DNA of 63,467 bases, filler included, from Myxococcota bacterium (GCA_049322255.1; 3 parts of 3 records of this genome joined end to end with filler, not necessarily neighbours in it); one strand, 5' to 3'; shown: positions 31,226-39,857, numbered from the whole stretch's first letter. Numbers and translations: made by a program. The notes: a model not told the origin generated them from the letters alone.

Positions 31226-31924
31226 GTGGGGCTCGAAGAGCAAGAGCTGGAGGCGGAAGCCGCCATGGCCGACCCTGCCGTTACCGCTGCGGCCGTCGCC
31301 GCGACGCACGGAGGAGTTGTGCCGGCGGCGCTGGAGTCCACGGCCGATGTGCCGCACAAGCGCGTGCGCAAGCCGCTGGACGAAGAGGCTCGCCGCCGTC
31401 GTGCAGAACGCGACAGGGCGAGGCGCCTACTCGCGCGCCTCAAAGACGCAGAGAACGAAGAGGAGTTGCGCGCAAAAGCGGCCGAACTGCTCGGCGCGCC
31501 AGTCGCGGCGCCGGAGTCGCCTTCGGTGGAGAGCGCGCCGCATCAGGCCGCGCCAGCCATCCCGACGATGGAGCCGGGCCAGCGTCCGGGGTGGCCGCCG
31601 CCCTCGCTCGTGGCGGAATTTTCCCCGGTGGCGCTCCAACTGTGGGACGGCGCGCGCAGGGTGTTGCCGGCCCGCTACGCGTCAGCGCTGGAGGCGCGCA
31701 CCATCAACGGCCAGGAGGTTCGGCCGGTCGAGCTGCTCGCGCACGGCACGGCTCCGGTGCTCGCCAAGTGGGTGCCGGAGGTGGCCACCACGCCAGAGGC
31801 GGCGCTCGCGGTTGCGGTGGTGACGGTGTTTGGCCCGGTGGCGCTCGCCCATGCGAAAGAGCTGGTGGGTGCGTGGCTGGCGAGCCGCGAGGACGCGAGG
31901 GCGACAGAGGGAGAAGCCAAGTGA
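31226..31924 (+). CDS. provirus protein with C-terminal membrane segment, upstream of packaging ATPase
   Basis: GTG after GAGG; ALAVAVVTVFGPVALA; GTGA overlap with the ATPase. Confidence 0.65.
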   Translation: MGLEEQELEAEAAMADPAVTAAAVAATHGGVVPAALESTADVPHKRVRKPLDEEARRRRAERDRARRLLARLKDAENEEELRAKAAELLGAPVAAPESPSVESAPHQAAPAIPTMEPGQRPGWPPPSLVAEFSPVALQLWDGARRVLPARYASALEARTINGQEVRPVELLAHGTAPVLAKWVPEVATTPEAALAVAVVTVFGPVALAHAKELVGAWLASREDARATEGEAK

Positions 31925-32568
31925 CTTCCGCGCGCGTCAAGCCGCACGACCGGGTGCTCGTCATCGGCAAGACGGGCTCGGGCAAGTCGAACAAGGCCAA
32001 GGCTCTGGTGTCGGCCGAGCTGGAGCACGGCGCGCGGGTGCTGGCGTTCGACCCGCTGGACGAATGGAGCCGGCACGGGCGCAAGAGCGACCATCGGAGG
32101 CTAGGGCCGCTGCGCGATCGCTGCACGGTAGACGACTTGATGCGCGAGCCGGAGATACTCGACGCGAACGATCTCTCTCTCGCCGTCGTGCCGTCGCAGG
32201 CGCGGCGGGAGTGCGCGGAAGACTTCGTGCAGGTGGCCGCGCTGGTGAAGGACACAGGCAACGTGCTGCTCACTGTCGAAGAGGTGGGCTTCTTCGGCGA
32301 CCGCTGTGAAGAGTCGCTCATCGAGGCCGCCTGCACATTCCGTCACTACGGAGTGGGGATGGTCTTCGTCGCGCAGTGCGCAATTCAGATTCCAAAGATG
32401 GCGCGCCGACAGGCTTCGCAAATTTGGTCCGGGCGACAAGACGACCCGGAAGACTTGAGCGCGCTGGCCAAGGTGGCCGGCGCCGAATTCGCCGAAGCGG
32501 TGTCACGCCTGCCGCGCGGAGAGTTGCTTCATTGGCGTGACGACTTCTCGGAAGGAAGGGCGAAATGA
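31921..32568 (+). CDS. FtsK-HerA superfamily genome-packaging ATPase (A32/P9-like)
   Basis: 215 aa; VLVIGKTGSGKS, VLAFDP, LLTVEE, FRH, MVFVAQ, IPKMARRQ. Confidence 0.82.
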   Translation: MTSARVKPHDRVLVIGKTGSGKSNKAKALVSAELEHGARVLAFDPLDEWSRHGRKSDHRRLGPLRDRCTVDDLMREPEILDANDLSLAVVPSQARRECAEDFVQVAALVKDTGNVLLTVEEVGFFGDRCEESLIEAACTFRHYGVGMVFVAQCAIQIPKMARRQASQIWSGRQDDPEDLSALAKVAGAEFAEAVSRLPRGELLHWRDDFSEGRAK

Positions 32569-32699
32569 AAGCTGCATTGTGCATTGTCTGCGGGGCCATC
32601 GGCGGCGCTGCCGTGGTGGCGATTCTCAACCGCGTTGGCTTTGGCCAGTCGATTCTTGCGACCACCAAGGCCGACCTCACCGATCCGGCGCGCAAGTAA
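32565..32699 (+). CDS. small (44 aa) membrane protein
   Basis: ATGA overlap, GGAAGG RBS; MKAALCIVCGAIGGAAVVAILN... Confidence 0.6.
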   Translation: MKAALCIVCGAIGGAAVVAILNRVGFGQSILATTKADLTDPARK

Positions 32700-32720
32700 G
32701 CAAGGAAAGGAAGGCACGCG

Positions 32721-34091
32721 ATGAAACGAGTTACCAGTCTTACTCTCGCCGCTGCGGGGGCCAATCAGAAGATGGAGCGCGGAGAGCTACTCTTGCGCAA
32801 AGGAAAGAAGATGCCAGGCATCCGCTGCAAGGTGACGGTGCCGGTGAAGAACGCAGGCGGCGGCGCAGCGGCAATGACCGACGCGGAGCGGCAAGAGCTG
32901 CTCGACGAGCTGACGGTAAACCTGAACTACGGCCGAGCTGGGGACTTCAAGGTTTACCAGGCACAGACTCTCAAGAGCATTCAGCGCGTGGCGCGCGAGT
33001 GCTACGGCTCCGAATTCGAAGGGTATGGCGACTCTTCGACAGGGTTGGCCAAGTCGATTGGAGCGGGCGCCACCGCGTCGCTCGTCTTCTGGGCCATCAT
33101 TCCCACCGGGCGCTTCTGGAAGCTGGGGCCGCAGCACCAGGACCGGCGCGCATGCGGGCGAAGCCAGGCCAAAACCATCGAGCTGGAGTTCATCCGGTCG
33201 AGCGCTACTGGCGCCTTCTCGGGAAGTTTCTCCATCGACGGCCAGGTGACGGTGGACATCTACCCGCACGAAGTTTCCGCCAAGGGCGACAGGTATTCGG
33301 TGCTGCCGGAGTTCCTCTACATCGAGGAAAACAAGCTCACCGCGGTACTGCCTGCCGGCCTGCCACTGTACATCGGCGACAGGAACGCGGCCCACGCCTC
33401 TGCGGCCTTCACCAATTTGACGGTGAAGGTGGATGAGGAGGTCATCCATGACCAAGTGTCGGCGGCAGACCTCCTCATCCCCAACCTGGACGTGCCCAAC
33501 ACCCCGAGCGAGTCTCAGGTGACCGACAGGGAGACGTTCATTTACGCGCCAGAGCCGGGCGTGGAAATGTGGAGCCTGCCCACCGGCACGCCCACGGTGA
33601 CGCAAAACACCCGCGACGTGACGACGATGAAGCTCGCTTACCTGTACGTGCCGGTCTACCCGACCGACAAGTTGCAACAGGAGTTCGAGCACATCGCGGC
33701 CAACGTGCGGCCCAAGGCGCTGCGCGCGGCCTCCCTTCATGTCATCGACGGCGAGGAGGTGCCCGACCGGCTGAAGTTTGCCGAGCCGGCGATGCTTCTC
33801 GACCGGGATGATAGGGAATGGGAACAGGCGGGAGGCTTCACCGTCTTGGAGCCGGGCAAGCCAGGGCAGGTGATGATGCCCGTCTCTGCGGTGCAGCGCG
33901 CAAAGGCGGCGGTGGCCATGCACGCGGCGGCCGGAGAAACCAAGGCCGCTCAGCATGTCATGCGCACCTTCGCCGGTGCGGTGCCGGGAGCGGTGCCTTC
34001 GCCCCGCGGCTACGGCGGCGGCGGCGCGGGCAAGTTGCTTTCCGAGGTGGCCACCGGCTTCCTTGGGGTGCCCAAGGAAGCCTGCAAGTAG
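32721..34091 (+). CDS. candidate major capsid protein (double jelly-roll inferred)
   Basis: Largest soluble ORF of the element, strong RBS, right after the ATPase, alternating beta-strand patterns; fold unverified. Confidence 0.55.
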   Translation: MKRVTSLTLAAAGANQKMERGELLLRKGKKMPGIRCKVTVPVKNAGGGAAAMTDAERQELLDELTVNLNYGRAGDFKVYQAQTLKSIQRVARECYGSEFEGYGDSSTGLAKSIGAGATASLVFWAIIPTGRFWKLGPQHQDRRACGRSQAKTIELEFIRSSATGAFSGSFSIDGQVTVDIYPHEVSAKGDRYSVLPEFLYIEENKLTAVLPAGLPLYIGDRNAAHASAAFTNLTVKVDEEVIHDQVSAADLLIPNLDVPNTPSESQVTDRETFIYAPEPGVEMWSLPTGTPTVTQNTRDVTTMKLAYLYVPVYPTDKLQQEFEHIAANVRPKALRAASLHVIDGEEVPDRLKFAEPAMLLDRDDREWEQAGGFTVLEPGKPGQVMMPVSAVQRAKAAVAMHAAAGETKAAQHVMRTFAGAVPGAVPSPRGYGGGGAGKLLSEVATGFLGVPKEACK

Positions 34092-34100
34092 GGGCGTCCG

Positions 34101-34769
34101 ATGCCTGCTCCGCTCCTCATCGCAGGCGCCGGGATGGGCGCCGCCGCTGTCGCCAGTGCGGCGGCGGCGCTCGTCTCCAAGCGCCGGAAGGCCAAGCAGT
34201 CGCCTCTTCGGGAGTCGCTGCCTGGGCGCGAGACGGCGCAAGCAGGCAGGCCGAGCCCGGCGCCGCGCAGCGATGCGGCGCCGGGCCTCAAGCTGCCCAC
34301 CGGAGCTATCGCCGGAGCGGGCGGCGCGGCAGCAACAGTTGGCGCGGGGCTTCTGCTGAATGCCGGGTTGGGCAAGTTGACCGAGCTGTCGGGCGGCACC
34401 GAAGGGCGCAGCAACTACGTCGCCGCAACCGGCATCCCCGGCTTCGTCGGAGTGCAGACCGCGCAAGGAATTTCTACCGGCCTGCGCGCCGTGGGGGTGG
34501 ACGCCAACGCGGCAGAAAGTTTGGGCCGCTGGGGCGGGGCGGCGGCGGCGGTGGGGCTGGTGACGGGCGGTTTTGGGCTTCCTGCGGTGGCCGGCGCTGC
34601 GGCTCTATACGAAGGCACCAAAGCGATTGTGGGTGCGGTGGGTGGAGAGCAGGCGGCGAAAGACTTCGCCAATGCCGTAGCCAGCCTCGACCCCACATCG
34701 AGCAAAACCATTCCGGGGCAAGTGGTGGGCGCGGTGGGTGGATTCATCAAAAACCTTTGGCCGTTCTGA
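34101..34769 (+). CDS. Gly/Ala-rich membrane-associated virion protein candidate
   Basis: Several hydrophobic GxxxG-rich segments. Confidence 0.65.
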   Translation: MPAPLLIAGAGMGAAAVASAAAALVSKRRKAKQSPLRESLPGRETAQAGRPSPAPRSDAAPGLKLPTGAIAGAGGAAATVGAGLLLNAGLGKLTELSGGTEGRSNYVAATGIPGFVGVQTAQGISTGLRAVGVDANAAESLGRWGGAAAAVGLVTGGFGLPAVAGAAALYEGTKAIVGAVGGEQAAKDFANAVASLDPTSSKTIPGQVVGAVGGFIKNLWPF

Positions 34770-34779
34770 GGTGACCGAA

Positions 34780-35046
34780 ATGAAGCTGGGTGACTGGATA
34801 GGGTTGTTTCTCTTGCTCGCTGGCGTGGGGGTGGGCGGCTTCTTCCTCGTGCGCGAGCTGAACAAGCCAGCCGCAATGGGGGCGTCGCTGCCTCAGCAAC
34901 AGGTGGCGCCGCTGTCGGGCTCTCCCGTTGGGCAGTTACCGGCGCAGTCGCCACCGGCCCAGCCGGGAGACTTGCTCGGGCAGTTGGGCAACATCGTCAA
35001 CACCGGCGTCAGCATCTTCAACACCGTCTCTTCGCTGTTCAAGTGA
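34780..35046 (+). CDS. small N-anchored membrane protein
   Basis: GAGG RBS; WIGLFLLLAGVGVGGFFLV. Confidence 0.7.
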   Translation: MKLGDWIGLFLLLAGVGVGGFFLVRELNKPAAMGASLPQQQVAPLSGSPVGQLPAQSPPAQPGDLLGQLGNIVNTGVSIFNTVSSLFK

Positions 35047-35056
35047 GAGGCCGCGC

Positions 35057-35680
35057 GTGAAGAGTCGCATTCGACAGGCCGACGCGGACGGAAAAATTCT
35101 TCAGGCCGGCGGCACGGGCATAGGCTTCTGCCTCTTGCCCGCGGTCGAGCCGGGCGCGGGCGCCACCGTGGGGCCGGGCAGCTACCCGGTGCGGGTGCGC
35201 TTCAAGGGCGAGGGCGAGGTGTTGGAAATCTCCAACGGCACCCCCTTCGTGCGACACCAGCCGTTCCGCGGCTTCGACGTGGAGAACTGTCAGCAAGGGG
35301 ACTCCTGGCAGATTGTCACCCTGGAGTCGCGCTGCGAATCCATCGGCGCGGCGGCGGCCAAAACGCGCCACGCGCGCCAGGTGCAGGCGGCGACCGCCAT
35401 TCCCACCGCGGCGGCGGTGAATGGCGACGCCAGCGGTTTCCGTCTCTACCCTGGCGACAGGGAATTGCAGTTCTACATCACCGGCGCGGGCGTGGATGTG
35501 GACCTCTACACGCAGGCGCTCTCCGGCGTGTGGCATCTGGCGGAACGACTCGCCGAGGCCGCCGACGCCCGCCCCCTCGTCATCGCGCGCACGGTGGCCG
35601 GAGCTATTGGCAGGCTGTACCTGCGCGCGAGCGCGGGCGGCGGGCTGGTGGAAATCGACCGCGAAAGCGAGGTCGGTTGA
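35057..35680 (+). CDS. beta-rich virion protein (penton/minor capsid candidate)
   Basis: GTG start; short beta-strand patterns; directly upstream of the spike. Confidence 0.5.
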   Translation: MKSRIRQADADGKILQAGGTGIGFCLLPAVEPGAGATVGPGSYPVRVRFKGEGEVLEISNGTPFVRHQPFRGFDVENCQQGDSWQIVTLESRCESIGAAAAKTRHARQVQAATAIPTAAAVNGDASGFRLYPGDRELQFYITGAGVDVDLYTQALSGVWHLAERLAEAADARPLVIARTVAGAIGRLYLRASAGGGLVEIDRESEVG

Positions 35681-36975
35681 TGAGTGCGCGGACTCGCTTG
35701 CTGGTTGACGCGCTGCTCGCGCTCTCCGCGGCGGGCGTGCTGCTCGTGGCGTCGTTGGGGTGGGCGGACCCGGCAGGCGCGAGGGCCAGCGGCGGCGCCT
35801 GCCGTAAGGGCGGGGTGTGCCTGGCGGGGAAGTTCCGCGCCGCGGACGGAAGCGCGGCGACGCCCGCGTATTCGTTCATCTCCGACACCGACACCGGTTT
35901 CTACAGGGCGGGTGCGAATCAGCTCGGCATATCGGTGGGCGCTGCTCGAAGCTTCGTATTTATAGGAACGCCGGGTTACCTGGAGGGTGACGCGAGCACT
36001 GTTTCGCTTCAGCTTCGCGCGGCGGCTGGAACCTGGCTCACGTCAGGCGCGACCAACATCGGCATAGGTGCGCCGGGAACGGCGGCGTCCACAACCAACG
36101 GCTACGCCGGGCAAGTGGCGTACACCGTGAGAGGCGCGTCGGGGCAGACCGCCAACCTCCAGGAGTGGAACGTTGCCGGCGGTGCCGCGCTGGCCGCGAT
36201 TCTCGCCGCCGGCACGTTGGTGGTCCCGGGAGCCACGGCGGGGATTCCCGCCTTCTACGGCTCTGATGCGAACGCCCGCATCTTCTCGAACGGCTCAGTG
36301 GGGTTGCAGCTCCAATACAACAGCGCCAACGGCGGCACGCTGACGTTCGATTCGAACGGCATCATTGCGAGCGGCTCGGGTTCGGCGACGTTCAAAATCA
36401 GGAATCAACTCCTGAACGACTCGGGCGACCTGACCATCAATGACACGGTGGCGGTCACCTCTCTACAGACGGCTGGCGGAATCGTCTATGGCACAGCCAG
36501 CACGCTGGGGGTGAGCGCCGCTGGCACCAGCGGTCAATGTCTCAAGAGCGGCGGCAGCGGAGCCCCAACGTGGGGGACGTGCGACGGCGCCGCCTACCTA
36601 GCTGAAGCGCTTTGGGGTTTTGCAGGCAGGTGCGGCATCGGGGCGTCCTGCGTCACAGAGGCGAATTTTCTAGGGCCGTACAGAACAAGCGTTTTCACGG
36701 CGTTTGCGGCCAAAAGCATCAGCTGCTCGTGGGGCACCGCAGGGACCGGCGGCACCACCGGGGTGGTGGTGGAATTGCTCGACAACACCACTCCCGCATC
36801 AGTCTGCACCTGCACCTTGGGGGCGTGCACTACGTCTGCTTCGACGCCGCTCATCTGTGGTTGTGCTGGCTCGGTGGGACCAAACAAGACGCTGGTGATG
36901 CGGCTCGCGAGCACCACCGATTGCACGGCCAACCCGCAAGAAATTCACTGCAACGTGATGGGGACCGCCCAATGA
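35680..36975 (+). CDS. spike/fibre-like receptor-binding protein candidate with signal peptide
   Basis: DGSAATPAYSFISDTDTGFY and GTSGQCLKSGGSGAPTW fibre-type motifs; G/S/T/A-rich; Cys-rich tip. Confidence 0.7.
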   Translation: MSARTRLLVDALLALSAAGVLLVASLGWADPAGARASGGACRKGGVCLAGKFRAADGSAATPAYSFISDTDTGFYRAGANQLGISVGAARSFVFIGTPGYLEGDASTVSLQLRAAAGTWLTSGATNIGIGAPGTAASTTNGYAGQVAYTVRGASGQTANLQEWNVAGGAALAAILAAGTLVVPGATAGIPAFYGSDANARIFSNGSVGLQLQYNSANGGTLTFDSNGIIASGSGSATFKIRNQLLNDSGDLTINDTVAVTSLQTAGGIVYGTASTLGVSAAGTSGQCLKSGGSGAPTWGTCDGAAYLAEALWGFAGRCGIGASCVTEANFLGPYRTSVFTAFAAKSISCSWGTAGTGGTTGVVVELLDNTTPASVCTCTLGACTTSASTPLICGCAGSVGPNKTLVMRLASTTDCTANPQEIHCNVMGTAQ

Positions 36976-37271
36976 CTCGACGACTCACGCTGCTCTTCGC
37001 GCTCGCCGGCTTCGTCGGAGGTGCCGCGCTCGCCCAGCGCACCGTCACCTACGAGCCGCCAGCGGCGGTGTATGGGGTGGACCTGAGGCGCGCCGAAGAC
37101 GGCGGCGTGTTCCTCGTGGTGCATGCGCGCGCAGAGAGCGCGGACGGCGGCGACGTGCTCGACAGAGCGCGCAGGTGCGAGGTGGGGGAGTTGACGGCCA
37201 CGCAGCGAACGGCGCTGGCCACCGTGCGCACGGCGGCGCTCGCTTGCTGGCGCGCACACGAGGGGTTGTGA
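36972..37271 (+). CDS. small exported provirus protein
   Basis: Signal peptide MTRRLTLLFALAGFVGGAALA; ATGA overlap. Confidence 0.65.
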   Translation: MTRRLTLLFALAGFVGGAALAQRTVTYEPPAAVYGVDLRRAEDGGVFLVVHARAESADGGDVLDRARRCEVGELTATQRTALATVRTAALACWRAHEGL

Positions 37272-37640
37272 ATGGGCTGGGTTGACGCCATTTGGAGCGG
37301 CGCGGAGGCCGCGTGGGACGTGGCACAAGCCTACGTCCTGCCAGGGTACACGTTGCCGGCGGCAGCGGCGGCGGGCGTGGTGGCAGAGCTGTCAGACGCC
37401 AACCGTGAGGGGCGGGAATTCTCCTATGCCAACGCGGCCGGCAACACCGTCACGCAGGCGGCGCCGGGGCTGGTGGTGGCGGGGGAAAAGGCGGTGGACG
37501 CGGCCAAGAAGACGGGCGAAGCGGTCAAGTCGCTCTGGGCGTCCTTGTGGTGGGTGCCGTGGGTGGCGGGCGGGGTGGTGGTTGTCGCGGGCCTCTTCGT
37601 CGCGGCGCCATACGTGACGCCGTTTCTGCCGCGGAGGTAG
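37272..37640 (+). CDS. C-terminally anchored membrane protein
   Basis: LWWVPWVAGGVVVVAGLFVAAPYV. Confidence 0.7.
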   Translation: MGWVDAIWSGAEAAWDVAQAYVLPGYTLPAAAAAGVVAELSDANREGREFSYANAAGNTVTQAAPGLVVAGEKAVDAAKKTGEAVKSLWASLWWVPWVAGGVVVVAGLFVAAPYVTPFLPRR

Positions 37641-37645
37641 GTAGC

Positions 37646-37855
37646 ATGGATGAGTTCATTTCGGCGTTGCTCCAGTCGCGCGAGGTGGGCGCCACCATCG
37701 GCGCGAGCATCGGAGCGGCGGTAGCAGGTTGGGCGGCGGTGCGTCGCACCATGCGCCGTGAGGTGCGCGGCATCGCCCGCGAGGAGGCAGACGCGGCCAT
37801 TGACAGGCGCGTGCGGCCGGCGGCGTTGCGCGCAGGGGCGGGCGGTGCGCCGTGA
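37646..37855 (+). CDS. small membrane protein (holin candidate)
   Basis: GGAGG RBS; one TM segment, basic tail; immediately upstream of the endolysin. Confidence 0.5.
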   Translation: MDEFISALLQSREVGATIGASIGAAVAGWAAVRRTMRREVRGIAREEADAAIDRRVRPAALRAGAGGAP

Positions 37856-38438
37856 GTGGAAGCTGCTTCTTGGCGCCGCCGCGGTGGCGTTGCCTGGCGG
37901 CGCGCTTGTCGCGGGCGCGTGGTGGCTGTGGCGCCGCGCGGGCGGCATGGAGAAAGGCAGCGTCATGACGGGCGCGCGTATCCACAATCGCCACCGCGCG
38001 GACGGTATGCGCGCCGAGCTGCGCGCCTTCCTTGACTGGTGGGAGGCGCACGGGCCGTTCCCGCTGCAAATACCTCCGTTGGGTGGCTTGCGCACCGACG
38101 CGGAACAGGCCGCGCTCTACGCGCAAGGACGCACGGCGCCAGGTGCGCGCGTCACCAATGCGGCGACGGCGCGCGACACCCCCCATGGGCGCGGGGCTGC
38201 ACTCGACGTGTACCCGGTGCGCGAGGTGAATTTCGCGGGCGGGGTGGCGCGCATCTGGACGGGCGACGAGTCAGACCCGGCGGAACGCGCGCACGCGCGC
38301 GCGCTGTTGGCGCGCGTAGGCGAGGCGGCGGAAGCGCGCGGGCTGGTGTGGGGTGGACGATGGAATGGGCTGGAGGACTTGCCGCACCTGGAGCTACCCA
38401 ACTGGCTGGAGCTGCCCATGCCCGGAGGTGTCGCGTAA
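37845..38438 (+). CDS. M15 family (L-Ala-D-Glu-type) peptidase endolysin with N-terminal TM
   Basis: LRTDAEQAALYAQGRT, VTNA, PHGRGAALD, GLVWGGRW, DLPHLE. Confidence 0.88.
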   Translation: MRREWKLLLGAAAVALPGGALVAGAWWLWRRAGGMEKGSVMTGARIHNRHRADGMRAELRAFLDWWEAHGPFPLQIPPLGGLRTDAEQAALYAQGRTAPGARVTNAATARDTPHGRGAALDVYPVREVNFAGGVARIWTGDESDPAERAHARALLARVGEAAEARGLVWGGRWNGLEDLPHLELPNWLELPMPGGVA

Positions 38439-38716
38439 TGCTGTTGTGGGAGACAACGACGAAGATGAAAAGCGCGCCGCTCGGGTTTGGCATTGCCACC
38501 GCGCAGGCGCAGGGCGGCGTGCAGTCGGCATCCGCTGCGGCGCCACTGTCGGCCGTGGTGGGTAGCCTGCAACTCGTGCAGCGCCCGCAAAGCGCGGCGG
38601 CCGAAGGCGCGGCGCACAAGGAGCAGGAGGGAGGCGACTGGTGGCCGTGGGCGTTGGGCGGGGCGGCGGTGCTCGCCGTGGGTGCAGTGGTGCTTGTGGT
38701 TGTCGGCAGTCGATAG
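38438..38716 (+). CDS. C-terminally anchored membrane protein
   Basis: TAATG overlap; DWWPWALGGAAVLAVGAVVLVVVG. Confidence 0.65.
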   Translation: MLLWETTTKMKSAPLGFGIATAQAQGGVQSASAAAPLSAVVGSLQLVQRPQSAAAEGAAHKEQEGGDWWPWALGGAAVLAVGAVVLVVVGSR

Positions 38717-38726
38717 GAGGTGCGCA

Positions 38727-38909
38727 ATGTTTGGTTTGCTGTTTGGAGACAAGGGGCTGAAGTTGTCGGCGGCGCTGGTGGCCGTCGCGGTGGCGGTGCA
38801 GGCGTTGACGCCCCCGCACACCATCGCCCATCAGGTGGCCGGCTACATCATCGGCGCAGGCGCCGTGCTGGGGGTGGCCAGCACCACTGGCCGGGAGCCG
38901 CGATCGTGA
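38727..38909 (+). CDS. small two-TM protein (holin candidate)
   Basis: AGGAGG RBS; two hydrophobic segments. Confidence 0.6.
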   Translation: MFGLLFGDKGLKLSAALVAVAVAVQALTPPHTIAHQVAGYIIGAGAVLGVASTTGREPRS

Positions 38910-39082
38910 AAGTCGCAGCAATCTTGCTAGGGGTGGTGGTGGGCGGCGCCGTCTTCGGCTGGGGCGGGGCGCTTCTGGCGCCTAAGGTGCTCGACCGCAA
39001 GCTTGAAGGTGTAGAGCAGCTCGGCGCCGCCAGTGCGGGATGGCTCGTCGGCGGCCTGACTGCCTACCTGCTCACGAGGTGA
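38906..39082 (+). CDS. small two-TM protein
   Basis: GTGA overlap; ILLGVVVGGAVFGWGG and AGWLVGGLTAYLL. Confidence 0.6.
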   Translation: MKVAAILLGVVVGGAVFGWGGALLAPKVLDRKLEGVEQLGAASAGWLVGGLTAYLLTR

Positions 39083-39086
39083 AGCG

Positions 39087-39362
39087 ATGCTGACCGCGCT
39101 CCTCAAAGACGCCTACGCGGAAGTGGAAACGTCGCTCTCGCCGCCGGTGCGCGTGCCGCTGGCCGACGACGGTTCGCCGCCATCGCCGCTGGTGCGTCTG
39201 TTGAGGCCGCGCGTGCGCATCCTCAAAGGCGGGGTGGAGCTGGCGCGCATCCAGCCGGCCGGTGCGCCTGGCCCCGAAGGTGGGCCGCGCTGGGGGCTGG
39301 TGCTGGCGGTGAGCGCGGGCGTGCTGGTGCTGGGCGCTGTCGCCTGGGGGGTGCTGCGATGA
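39087..39362 (+). CDS. C-terminally anchored membrane protein
   Basis: WGLVLAVSAGVLVLGAVAWGVLR. Confidence 0.65.
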   Translation: MLTALLKDAYAEVETSLSPPVRVPLADDGSPPSPLVRLLRPRVRILKGGVELARIQPAGAPGPEGGPRWGLVLAVSAGVLVLGAVAWGVLR

Positions 39363-39565
39363 GTCGCCGCCGCAAGAAGAGTTCGCCGCCGGGCGAGGGC
39401 ATCCGCAAGACGCGCACCCGTAAAACGCTGCGCCAGGTGGGGAGCCGCAAGGTGGAAACCACTACCAAGACGAGCGAAGTCATTTGCACCGGCGAGGGGG
39501 AGTTTTGCCGCAAGCTGCGGCGGATACTGGGGCGCGGGGCCAAGGTGCTGTTGGAGCCGGTGTAA
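39359..39565 (+). CDS. small highly basic protein
   Basis: ATGA overlap; R/K-rich. Confidence 0.6.
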   Translation: MSRRRKKSSPPGEGIRKTRTRKTLRQVGSRKVETTTKTSEVICTGEGEFCRKLRRILGRGAKVLLEPV

Positions 39566-39577
39566 CCGGAGGTCGTC

Positions 39578-39784
39578 ATGCTGCGAGTGTTTGCCATCGC
39601 TCTCGGCGCTGCGCTGGGGGCTTTCGTGGCCGCCGAGCTGGTGCCCAGCGAAGCGGAGCTGAAGAAGGCGCGTCTGCGTCGCCGGGAGCTACTCCAAGAC
39701 GCGCAAGCCGCCATCGAGGCCGAGCTGGCCGCCATGGAGCTGCAGAAGGCTCAGGAGGCCGCCAGGGTGCCAGCGGCGGGGTAG
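39578..39784 (+). CDS. N-anchored coiled-coil protein
   Basis: GGAGG RBS; TM then heptad-rich segment. Confidence 0.6.
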   Translation: MLRVFAIALGAALGAFVAAELVPSEAELKKARLRRRELLQDAQAAIEAELAAMELQKAQEAARVPAAG

Positions 39785-39857
39785 GCCATCGGAGGGGCGG
39801 AAAAGTGCGCCAAAAACGTCACTGCGGAGTTTTGGCGAGACGGGGCACTGCGGCCCG

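Noticed and set aside
30670..31920. N-terminal ~417 aa of the 632-aa ORF
   Set aside because: Arg-rich shadow frame; the real genes are in other frames and the ATPase starts at 31921
31921..39784. Interpretation as inovirus, ICE or tailed prophage
   Set aside because: The ATPase lacks the Zot TM region and an endolysin is present; no relaxase/T4SS genes; no terminase, portal or tail motifs. These alternatives are disfavoured, not formally excluded.
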